IMG/VR virus record: IMGVR_UViG_3300038701_001365
Coordinates: 1 to 40,095 of that record
Length of the DNA stretch: 40,095 nt
Strand: one strand, 5' to 3'
Source: a virus
Positions 1 through 5,639 of the stretch are shown here, piece after piece. Made by a program: the position numbers and the translations under genes. Within the stretch, counting starts at the first letter, position 1; the number at the start of each line of letters is the position of its first letter. The notes below the pieces were generated by a model. It did no database searches. It saw only the letters and a list, made by a program, of their open reading frames with translations, and was not told the DNA's origin.

Positions 1-197
1 TGTGTCAAATTAGCGTCTGTTAAATTAGCGTCTGATAAAATAGCATATCTTAAATCAGCATATCTTAAATCAGCGCCTGTTAAATTAGCACCTTTTAAAT
101 TAACATGTGTCAAATTAGCGTCTGTTAGATTAGCGTGTCTTAAACTATTGAACTCCTTCTCACTACCATCTTTAAACTTTATCTTATATTTACTCAT
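1..197 (-). CDS. Pentapeptide-repeat protein, 5' part (gene is split by the window ends and continues at 40002..39699)
   Basis: ATG at 197-195 overlaps the stop of ORF 194..391 (ATGA). Hand translation [66 protein letters not shown] stays open to base 1. It is in frame with ORF 39699..40010 once the 93-bp end duplication is collapsed (197+304=501 nt, 166 aa). Confidence 0.8.
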   Translation of the reverse strand, partial: MSKYKIKFKDGSEKEFNSLRHANLTDANLTHVNLKGANLTGADLRYADLRYAILSDANLTDANLT

Positions 198-391
198 ATA
201 GTCCCTTCTAATTTTATATCCGCTAATAATTCGTCTAGTTCACTTTCTAAATAAGCCCTATTGTTAAAAATATAAGCTTCTTCAAAATGCGTGTTTGACT
301 CTCCACAACATCCTATCTTATCTGTACTAACTTCTTCCATACAATACGGACAAACTAATTCTTTATCTAGGTTATCTATGTATTTATCCAT
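194..391 (-). CDS. Small Cys-rich (CxxC...CC, zinc-ribbon-like) hypothetical protein
   Basis: ORF track. Tightly packed with neighbours, with 1-4 nt overlaps. Motif CPYC...CCGE. Confidence 0.6.
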   Translation of the reverse strand: MDKYIDNLDKELVCPYCMEEVSTDKIGCCGESNTHFEEAYIFNNRAYLESELDELLADIKLEGTI

Positions 392-392
392 T

Positions 393-611
393 TTAAAACT
401 CCTCTGATACTAAATCGTGTAAATAGTTATAAGTTCTAGTGCTAAGTAAATATCCAGCCTGGTGTTTACCATTTATAGATAGGCAGAAGATATCTAGCTG
501 ACCGTCTTTAAGGTCATACCCGCCTTCAACTAACTGTCCGCCTATTGTAGTACTAAATGTACCGTAAACTTCAGTATTATCTAACTCTTTTTCTAATTCT
601 ATTTTTCTCAT
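393..611 (-). CDS. Hypothetical early protein
   Basis: ORF track. SD AAGGGAG lies 6 nt upstream of the ATG. First gene behind sigma54-type promoter P1. Confidence 0.65.
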   Translation of the reverse strand: MRKIELEKELDNTEVYGTFSTTIGGQLVEGGYDLKDGQLDIFCLSINGKHQAGYLLSTRTYNYLHDLVSEEF

Positions 612-619
612 GTTAACTC

Positions 620-725
620 CCTTTATATATACTATATAGCAAGCTTGATGCCAACTATAGAGCCCTTTAAAGCCCTCTAGAGCATAAAAAAGTGTCTAAC
701 TTATTAAAATTGTATACTATTTAAA
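620..725 (-). repeat. About 105-bp promoter module (copy 1), homologous to 4425..4530 and more loosely to 2098..2200
   Basis: Near-identical blocks: TATAGCAA..TGCCAACTATAGAGCCCTTTAAAG..CT.TAGAGCATA...AGTGTCTAACTT...TTGTATACTATTTA. Confidence 0.8.
638..654 (-). promoter_or_regulatory. sigma54-type -24/-12 promoter P1 (TTGGCAT-caagc-TTGCT), leftward
   Basis: The minus strand reads TTGGCATCAAGCTTGCT with GG-N10-GC spacing. The GC lies about 28 nt upstream of the ATG at 611. Confidence 0.7.
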
Positions 726-749
726 CACTTTCCTTTTGTTATAAGTTTA

Positions 750-758
750 TGTTATACT
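750..758 (+). promoter_or_regulatory. Extended -10 promoter (TGtTATACT) for a probably leaderless mRNA of ORF 765..1211
   Basis: TGTTATACT ends 7 nt before the A of ATG 765. There is no SD between them. Confidence 0.4.
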
Positions 759-764
759 ATCTAT

Positions 765-1211
765 ATGAAATTGTTATTAAACTTCGATAAAATACAACCT
801 ATGTCCATAAATAAGGCTTACTACAAAACTAGAAAGGTTCTAACTCAAGCCGCTAGAGACTATAGGAAGTCTATATGGGAGCAGATGGAACCCCATAGAC
901 AAGAAATAGACGAGTTTAAATCTAATTTTGATAAGTTTAAACATAGTTTGTCACTTAAAGTCTATGTTGGAGTACCTTCTAGTAGATTTTATACACAGCA
1001 AGGGTATATCAGTCTACACAGCTCAGATATCGACAATATAGCTAAACTTTTAATAGACAATACGGTAGACCCTAAATTTAGAGCTGAGAAATATGCTGCC
1101 CCAACTTTAGATATCGATGATAAATTTATAACCGCTCTATTTTTAAGTAAATACGCCTCTCCTGAAGAGCATTGGCATATCGAAATGGAGTTCGAGATCA
1201 TAGATTTATAA
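765..1211 (+). CDS. RusA-like Holliday-junction resolvase (putative)
   Basis: Motifs PMSINKAYY...SDIDNIAKLLIDN...DIDDKFI resemble the RusA catalytic Asp signature (DxDNxxKxxxD...DD). It is the only + strand gene inside the leftward early block. Confidence 0.5.
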   Translation: MKLLLNFDKIQPMSINKAYYKTRKVLTQAARDYRKSIWEQMEPHRQEIDEFKSNFDKFKHSLSLKVYVGVPSSRFYTQQGYISLHSSDIDNIAKLLIDNTVDPKFRAEKYAAPTLDIDDKFITALFLSKYASPEEHWHIEMEFEIIDL

Positions 1212-1316
1212 AAATAGAGCTAATAAGAAAGCTATGATTAAAGCCGTTGATAAAGCCCCTGTTAGAATCCCTGTTATAATAGTCATGAGTATAACCACAT
1301 CTTTTAAGCTTAGCAT
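1206..1316 (-). CDS. 36-aa single-pass membrane peptide
   Basis: Not in the ORF track (under 60 aa). Perfect SD AAAGGAGG lies 5 nt before ATG 1316. Translation MLSLKDVVILMTIITGILTGALSTALIIAFLLALFL. Confidence 0.5.
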   Translation of the reverse strand: MLSLKDVVILMTIITGILTGALSTALIIAFLLALFL

Positions 1317-1333
1317 GTTGCCTCCTTTTATAA

Positions 1334-1804
1334 TTATTTAAACACTGATTTAATTTTACCTTCTTTAAATAGCTCAAAAGACTCTTCTATACATCTAGAG
1401 AGCCCTAGATTTTCTACGCATCGGGTAGAGTCGGTAGTATATATACCCATTAATTTTCCGCGACTATTTACTGTAGATTCTATGTGATCAAACCCGAAGT
1501 AGCAGTGAAGCATTTCGTGGGCTAGTAAGGCCGTTTTAGCACTATCCGAGGCGCTTTCCCAAAACTTCTTTCTTATTTTTATAAGAACACCTCTTTTATT
1601 CGAGATCCGGCAGATACCGTTCTTAGAGGTAGCTTCTAAGTCATTATTAATTTCGACATTTATAAAAAGGTCCTCTAGACTTAGGCCTAGTTCACTAGCC
1701 ACCTCTATTTCGTAGGTGGTTATATCTGTACGTACTTTGTTTAAAGAGTTGTCGCAAGATGTACTATAAATTGTTATTATACATAATAATATATTTTTAA
1801 TCAT
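1334..1804 (-). CDS. Secreted or lipoprotein zinc metallopeptidase (HExxH)
   Basis: N-terminal signal sequence ending ..IYSTSC (lipobox-like). Motif AHEMLHCYFGFDH. Confidence 0.5.
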   Translation of the reverse strand: MIKNILLCIITIYSTSCDNSLNKVRTDITTYEIEVASELGLSLEDLFINVEINNDLEATSKNGICRISNKRGVLIKIRKKFWESASDSAKTALLAHEMLHCYFGFDHIESTVNSRGKLMGIYTTDSTRCVENLGLSRCIEESFELFKEGKIKSVFK

Positions 1805-1806
1805 TT

Positions 1807-2073
1807 CTATGCCCCTACTTTATTTCTGTATTCCATAAAGTCGATAACATCGCAGTCTGACTCCTCTTCAATGTAGAAGAAAATCTTATTGTACCCGTCT
1901 TTGTAGAACTTCGCTAAACACTGATCTACTTCGTACCACATGTCCTCAACATTTACTAAGTGATGTATCCCGCGCTCATCGTTTTGCCCAAACTCCTTAT
2001 TCTCCAGTATCTCATATTCTTTGAAGTTATAAAATTCTTCTAAAATATCTTGTAATCTCTCTTTGTTTGTCAT
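1807..2073 (-). CDS. Hypothetical acidic early protein
   Basis: ORF track. SD GAGGAG upstream. First gene behind sigma54-type promoter P2. Confidence 0.6.
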   Translation of the reverse strand: MTNKERLQDILEEFYNFKEYEILENKEFGQNDERGIHHLVNVEDMWYEVDQCLAKFYKDGYNKIFFYIEEESDCDVIDFMEYRNKVGA

Positions 2074-2112
2074 CCTAAACTCCTCTTGTTAGTTAGTTTA
2101 TATACAATATGT

Positions 2113-2128
2113 AGCAACATTGATGCCA
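2113..2128 (-). promoter_or_regulatory. sigma54-type -24/-12 promoter P2 (TGGCAT-caatg-TTGCT), leftward
   Basis: The minus strand reads GGTGGCATCAATGTTGCTAC with exact GG-N10-GC spacing. It lies about 40 nt upstream of ATG 2073. Confidence 0.7.
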
Positions 2129-2195
2129 CCTATAACCCTATTTAAACCCTAATATAGCTTTAATAAGTGTATATATTGTCCACAATGTACACTAT

Positions 2196-2417
2196 TTATT
2201 CACTATCTTTAAATGTAAAATTAGGCTCGCTTTTTTTAATATTGCTGACAATCTTATTTAATTTTTTAAACGCCGTCTCTAAATCTTTCCTAGAACTATT
2301 TGTATCAAGATGGTAGTAATAACCTTTAAACTTGTCTTTATACCTCTCTTCTACAAAGAGTTGTAAATTTACTATCTTTTTAATTATGGATAACCTGTTG
2401 CTTGAGTATAGTTTAAT
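2196..2417 (-). CDS. Hypothetical protein from a 73-codon stop-free ORF with no ATG/GTG/TTG (candidate AUU start)
   Basis: Hand translation IKLYSSNRLSIIKKIVNLQLFVEERYKDKFKGYYYHLDTNSSRKDLETAFKKLNKIVSNIKKSEPNFTFKDSE. AGGAGG lies 6 nt upstream of ATT 2417. Confidence 0.4.
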   Translation of the reverse strand: MKLYSSNRLSIIKKIVNLQLFVEERYKDKFKGYYYHLDTNSSRKDLETAFKKLNKIVSNIKKSEPNFTFKDSE

Positions 2418-2418
2418 T

Positions 2419-2619
2419 TCAAACCTCCTTGTTGTTCAATGCTTTTTCAATAATTTTTTGAATCTTCATAGCTTCTTTATAAGTCGCCTCATCGCCATTA
2501 TGTCTAATTTGTATGTGGAGACCTCTGGAATTATTGACGTTTTTAGTTTTTGAAAAAACACTAATGCCCAAACATTTTTGCTGGATATCTATGCCGTCTG
2601 TATTTTTGTATGCTTTCAT
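2419..2619 (-). CDS. Hypothetical early protein
   Basis: ORF track. Sits in an operon context. Confidence 0.55.
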   Translation of the reverse strand: MKAYKNTDGIDIQQKCLGISVFSKTKNVNNSRGLHIQIRHNGDEATYKEAMKIQKIIEKALNNKEV

Positions 2620-2648
2620 TTTAATATTCTCCTATTGGTTTAGTTGGT

Positions 2649-2927
2649 TTAAGCTTCTCTCTCTTCTCTGATGTCCCACGAACCCATCCAGATTAAAAAA
2701 CTAATAAGTTCCTCTCTGGTTGAATCTTCAGTGTAAGACTCAGCTCCAGTGGACTCTACAGCCTCAAGAAGTTTCGATGTTTCAATCTTGCTGAACTGTT
2801 CAGTGTATTCACTCAAACAGTCTTCAACGTATGAGTCGCAAGCGCCTTGCTGAGCCATATAATCAACGTCATCAGCGTTTATGTAGAACTCGCCTAAGCT
2901 CTCTATGTAAAAATATTGTTTGCTCAC
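2649..2927 (-). CDS. Hypothetical acidic early protein
   Basis: ORF track. Adjacent to 2929..3144. Confidence 0.6.
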   Translation of the reverse strand: MSKQYFYIESLGEFYINADDVDYMAQQGACDSYVEDCLSEYTEQFSKIETSKLLEAVESTGAESYTEDSTREELISFLIWMGSWDIREEREA

Positions 2928-2928
2928 T

Positions 2929-3144
2929 TTATACCGCCTTCTTAATGTTATATTCTGGTGACTCGATCACTCTACCTACAACCTCAACTATAGAAGTTTT
3001 AAGTAAATCTATGACCTGTCTTAACTGATACTCTCTTATTTCATTCACTGAACCAGGGTTGTTAGTTAGGTTTGAGAGCTCTGTCCTAGCCCTCTCTAAA
3101 CCTTGTGTTAACTCTATTATTTCATTTAATTGTGATTGTCTCAT
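2929..3144 (-). CDS. Hypothetical early protein (coiled-coil-like)
   Basis: ORF track. Abuts its neighbours. Confidence 0.6.
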   Translation of the reverse strand: MRQSQLNEIIELTQGLERARTELSNLTNNPGSVNEIREYQLRQVIDLLKTSIVEVVGRVIESPEYNIKKAV

Positions 3145-3378
3145 TTATATCTCCTTTTTAAGAGGTTTGAAGTATGTAGCCGTTTTCCCACAAATAGGGT
3201 CAAATTTAGTTCTCATACACATAAAATCTGCTGCCTCTAAAAACATCTGTATATTCATCATTTCTGATGTTTCAAACCCTGATGTCCATACTACCCACGT
3301 ATCATTATCTACTCTATCATAATGATCCATATTATTTGACATTCTCTCTAAACCTATTCTTTGTTTTTTAGTTAACAT
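3145..3378 (-). CDS. Hypothetical early protein (77 aa; start trimmed from 3465)
   Basis: ATG 3378 is preceded by AAGGAGA. The longer ORF-track start would run through promoter P3. Confidence 0.6.
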   Translation of the reverse strand: MLTKKQRIGLERMSNNMDHYDRVDNDTWVVWTSGFETSEMMNIQMFLEAADFMCMRTKFDPICGKTATYFKPLKKEI

Positions 3379-3412
3379 TCTTATTCTCCTTGTTAATTTA
3401 TACACACTATAT

Positions 3413-3428
3413 AGCAAAAGCGGTGCCA
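3413..3428 (-). promoter_or_regulatory. sigma54-type -24/-12 promoter P3 (TGGCAC-cgctt-TTGCT), leftward
   Basis: The minus strand reads GTTGGCACCGCTTTTGCTATATAG, about 35 nt upstream of ATG 3378. Confidence 0.7.
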
Positions 3429-3694
3429 ACTTGTACTGCCCACACATTAGAGTACAGCGATACAAAACTGTATATACATTGTGTAAACTGTTGCGGTATT
3501 CAATTAGTGTAATGATTTCAATACCTTATGTGTGTGTATATCTTTTTACCACTGTATAACCTATAAACACTTACTATTTTTGGTATGTTTTACTATCATT
3601 GTAACATAATAATACACCATATTTCCCGTTTTTAAACAATGTAACATAATATTGCGTACATAAGTTATCGATATAACAGGGGAAAAAATAAAGC

Positions 3695-3724
3695 TTGACA
3701 CGCTTATATTTGACTTGATATATT
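3695..3724 (+). promoter_or_regulatory. sigma70 promoter of structured RNA A (TTGACA-N18-TATATT)
   Basis: The hexamers are conserved with the RNA B promoter while the spacer sequence differs. An A-rich UP-like tract lies upstream. Confidence 0.65.
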
Positions 3725-3730
3725 AATTAG

Positions 3731-3835
3731 TGTTCCCCTTAATTAGAGCCCGCTTACATTATGACAATTAATAGGCCTTACGGCCATCCTAGTGAACACA
3801 TTGAGCAGCGGGTACACTGTGGCACAATATGTACA
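3731..3835 (+). ncRNA. Structured RNA family, copy A
   Basis: Outer stem CCCGCT(3749-3754)/AGCGGG(3807-3812). Hairpin GGCC-TTAC-GGCC (3774-3785). Conserved TAGTGAACACATTG and a GTGGCAC tail (3819-3825). The ends are approximate. Confidence 0.6.
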
Positions 3836-3924
3836 CAAATTACACCAATATATGATATTATACTCTAACTAATAACAATTATCAGTTAACTATTAAGTAA
3901 ACTAAACAAATAAAGTTTATACCC

Positions 3925-3953
3925 TTGACAAGCTTTTTAGTACCTGCTATATT
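3925..3953 (+). promoter_or_regulatory. sigma70 promoter of structured RNA B (TTGACA-N17-TATATT)
   Basis: Consensus -35, 17-nt spacer, and a 5/6 match at -10. It is followed by the same AATTAGTG start region as copy A. Confidence 0.7.
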
Positions 3954-3959
3954 AATTAG

Positions 3960-4060
3960 TGCTATCCCTTAAATAGAGCCAGCCTACATTATGTCACTTC
4001 GTAGGCCTTACGGCCACTGTAATGAACACCTTATGCGGCTGGTACTTAGTGACACTTAAT
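3960..4060 (+). ncRNA. Structured RNA family, copy B
   Basis: Outer stem CCAGCC(3979-3984)/GGCTGG(4037-4042), with two compensatory pair changes relative to A. Hairpin 4004-4015. GTGACAC tail 4049-4055. Confidence 0.6.
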
Positions 4061-4061
4061 A

Positions 4062-4145
4062 CCCACATACAAATTGACAATTAATAGGCCTTACGGCCAT
4101 CCTAGAGCACACTAGTGCTGTGGGCCACATAGTGACACAATATGT
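4062..4145 (+). ncRNA. Structured RNA family, copy C (no promoter of its own; probably co-transcribed with B)
   Basis: Outer stem CCCACA(4062-4067)/TGTGGG(4119-4124). Bases 4075-4104 are identical to 3763-3792 of copy A. Hairpin 4087-4098. GTGACAC tail 4132-4138. Confidence 0.5.
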
Positions 4146-4167
4146 CTTAATTTATGGGTTAACATAT

Positions 4168-4416
4168 TTATTCCCCCCACTGTACTTCTAATATTCTGTC
4201 ACCTTCGAAACAAATCTCTTGAACGTCCTTAAGTTCCATATAACTTTGGTTAACTCTGTACATGTTGTGAAGCATTATGCTTAAGGCAACACTGTTTAGG
4301 TTTTGAACTATCCAATCATAACCAACTAATATGGTATCGTTTTCAGTAGCCACTACGTACTCTCTATACTCGGGTCTTTTCACTTCATTTTGCTTGTTAT
4401 TAGTATCTCTAGTCAT
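4168..4416 (-). CDS. Hypothetical early protein
   Basis: ORF track. SD AAGGAGA upstream. Single gene behind promoter P4. Confidence 0.6.
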   Translation of the reverse strand: MTRDTNNKQNEVKRPEYREYVVATENDTILVGYDWIVQNLNSVALSIMLHNMYRVNQSYMELKDVQEICFEGDRILEVQWGE

Positions 4417-4424
4417 ATTATCTC

Positions 4425-4530
4425 CTTAGTTATATACTATATAGCAACATCAGTGCCAACTATAGAGCCCTTTAAAGTCCCTTAGAGCATAGAATAGTGT
4501 CTAACTTTTATCCTTTGTATACTATTTAGT
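4425..4530 (-). repeat. About 105-bp promoter module (copy 2), homologous to 620..725
   Basis: See 620..725. It includes TTGTATACTATTTA (4515-4528), at the same 65-bp distance from the -24 GG as in P1 and P2. Confidence 0.8.
4443..4458 (-). promoter_or_regulatory. sigma54-type -24/-12 promoter P4 (TGGCAC-tgatg-TTGCT), leftward
   Basis: The minus strand reads GTTGGCACTGATGTTGCTATATAG, about 30 nt upstream of ATG 4416. Confidence 0.7.
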
Positions 4531-4997
4531 CAATATATACTAGAAGTTGTCATTTTTGTATTTTATTGACAATATATGTCCGTGTATCAATTTGAGGCTA
4601 CCTGAGAGCCTTGTCACGCTCTTTAAATACAATCTATAACATAATACCCTAACTAATACTAAATCTACTGTATGGGCCTTCTATGGCTTCATCTTAATAA
4701 GCGTAAACATTAGTTGTTTAGCTAATTAGATTTAAACCATGGTAGCTCTTCTAAGCCCTTTTATTCAAATAGTATACAAATACCTTATGGTAGACATTAA
4801 ACGCCTCTATGAGGCTTATATGAACTTATTCGGGCTAAATAGTACTGGACCTAATTAGTGACTCAATGTAGAACGTCTAAATAATAGTCAATATCAACTA
4901 TCTAATAGTCTCAAATATGCCGGACATCTATTATGCTTTAATTATGCTGATCCCTTAAAGATAAGATTATTATGGAACTACATTGCTTTAGGGGGAG

Positions 4998-5013
4998 CGC
5001 AATCTCCATGCCA
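4998..5013 (-). promoter_or_regulatory. sigma54-type -24/-12 promoter P5 (TGGCAT-ggaga-TTGCG), leftward into ORF-free DNA
   Basis: The minus strand reads GTTGGCATGGAGATTGCGCT. It shares the AGTACAAGTTGGCA context with P3. I found no ORF longer than 10 codons with an SD in the 430 nt downstream. Confidence 0.55.
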
Positions 5014-5111
5014 ACTTGTACTAACCTGCGCTGAGGGTTCAATGAAGCATAAAGATGCTGGACTACTACTTGACATCCACTTAATATTGTGTTATGTGGC
5101 CTATTATTATG

Positions 5112-5127
5112 TGGTACATTTCTTGCA
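5112..5127 (+). promoter_or_regulatory. sigma54-type promoter P6 (TGGTAC-atttc-TTGCA), rightward
   Basis: Exact GG-N10-GC spacing. First of three sites spaced 38-39 bp apart. Confidence 0.55.
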
Positions 5128-5150
5128 ATAGAGTATTCCCCCTAAATACA

Positions 5151-5166
5151 TGGCATAATTCTTGCA
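5151..5166 (+). promoter_or_regulatory. sigma54-type promoter P7 (TGGCAT-aattc-TTGCA), rightward
   Basis: Exact GG-N10-GC spacing. Confidence 0.6.
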
Positions 5167-5188
5167 ACTAACTAAACCTCCTTGAGGT

Positions 5189-5204
5189 TGGCATATATCT
5201 TGCA
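5189..5204 (+). promoter_or_regulatory. sigma54-type promoter P8 (TGGCAT-atatc-TTGCA), rightward
   Basis: Exact GG-N10-GC spacing. Confidence 0.6.
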
Positions 5205-5304
5205 TAGAAGATGCTCAGTTCGAATCTATCCCATTCTGAGACACATATGCAGCGTATCATATTGAGACATGCCCCTTCAAAATTAGGCCCCCCCTAGGTA
5301 GAGG

Positions 5305-5320
5305 TGGCACGCAAATTGCA
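5305..5320 (+). promoter_or_regulatory. sigma54-type promoter P9 (TGGCACG-caaa-TTGCA; textbook consensus), rightward
   Basis: TGGCACGCAAATTGCA matches the YTGGCACGrNNNTTGCW consensus at every specified position. Confidence 0.65.
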
Positions 5321-5609
5321 GAGAGAGCGGTAGGAGTCCCCCTTTGCTATAACACAAAAAATAAGGCCCCCACACTAAGTGCCACAAGGTGTTTTCGGGT
5401 AAAAAGTGGCGGAATTATGACCATTTTTTGGCGGAAAAATGTGACGCCTTTTAGCTGACGAACTACAAATTATCCAATAATTATGGTATGTTACAAGTTT
5501 AGCTTTTTTAGGTTTTAGTGGAGTTCGTCACAAGATGTTGCGCTGACGAACTTTAGGTTAAATACCGCAAGGTGTAAGTAGCTGTAATCATTAGATTATA
5601 AGAATTCTA

Positions 5610-5637
5610 TTGACTATATATAAAAATATGTTATGAT
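5610..5637 (+). promoter_or_regulatory. sigma70 promoter (TTGACT-N16-TATGAT) of the packaging operon
   Basis: Hexamers read directly from the sequence. About 90 nt upstream of the first ORF. Confidence 0.5.
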
Positions 5638-5639
5638 TA

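Noticed and set aside
2332-2553. 73-aa + strand ORF.
   Set aside because: It is antisense to two well-supported minus-strand ORFs, has low-complexity hydrophobic composition, and has no SD.
3379-3465. N-terminal extension of ORF 3145..3465 (the ORF-track start at 3465).
   Set aside because: The extension would run through sigma54-type promoter P3 and has no SD. The internal ATG 3378 is preceded by AAGGAGA.
3761-3868. Mini-ORFs inside structured RNAs A and B: a 35-aa ORF from ATG 3761 and a 22-aa ORF from ATG 3991, both containing RPYGH..EH.
   Set aside because: Neither has an SD. The lengths and stop positions are not conserved, and in copy C the same frame stops after 13 codons. Of about 11 codon differences between A and B, only one is synonymous. 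The substitutions instead preserve base-pairing, so the conservation is better explained by RNA structure.
3695-4145. Whether the repeated A-B-C units could be a CRISPR array or ToxI-like antitoxin repeats.
   Set aside because: The units are about 85-230 bp long, not identical, and have no regular repeat-spacer periodicity. No cas gene or toxin endoribonuclease gene is present.
5213-5241. TTCGAAT (tRNA T-loop-like) sequence downstream of promoter P8.
   Set aside because: The flanking bases do not form a 5-bp T-stem; CTCAG pairs only with a CTGAG 17 nt away. No acceptor or anticodon arms can be drawn. I found no convincing tRNA anywhere in the window.
5333-5350. AGGAGTCCCCCTTTGCT resembling another -24/-12 element.
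   Set aside because: The GG-to-GC spacing is off by one nucleotide and the -24 context is not TGGCA. It was not counted.
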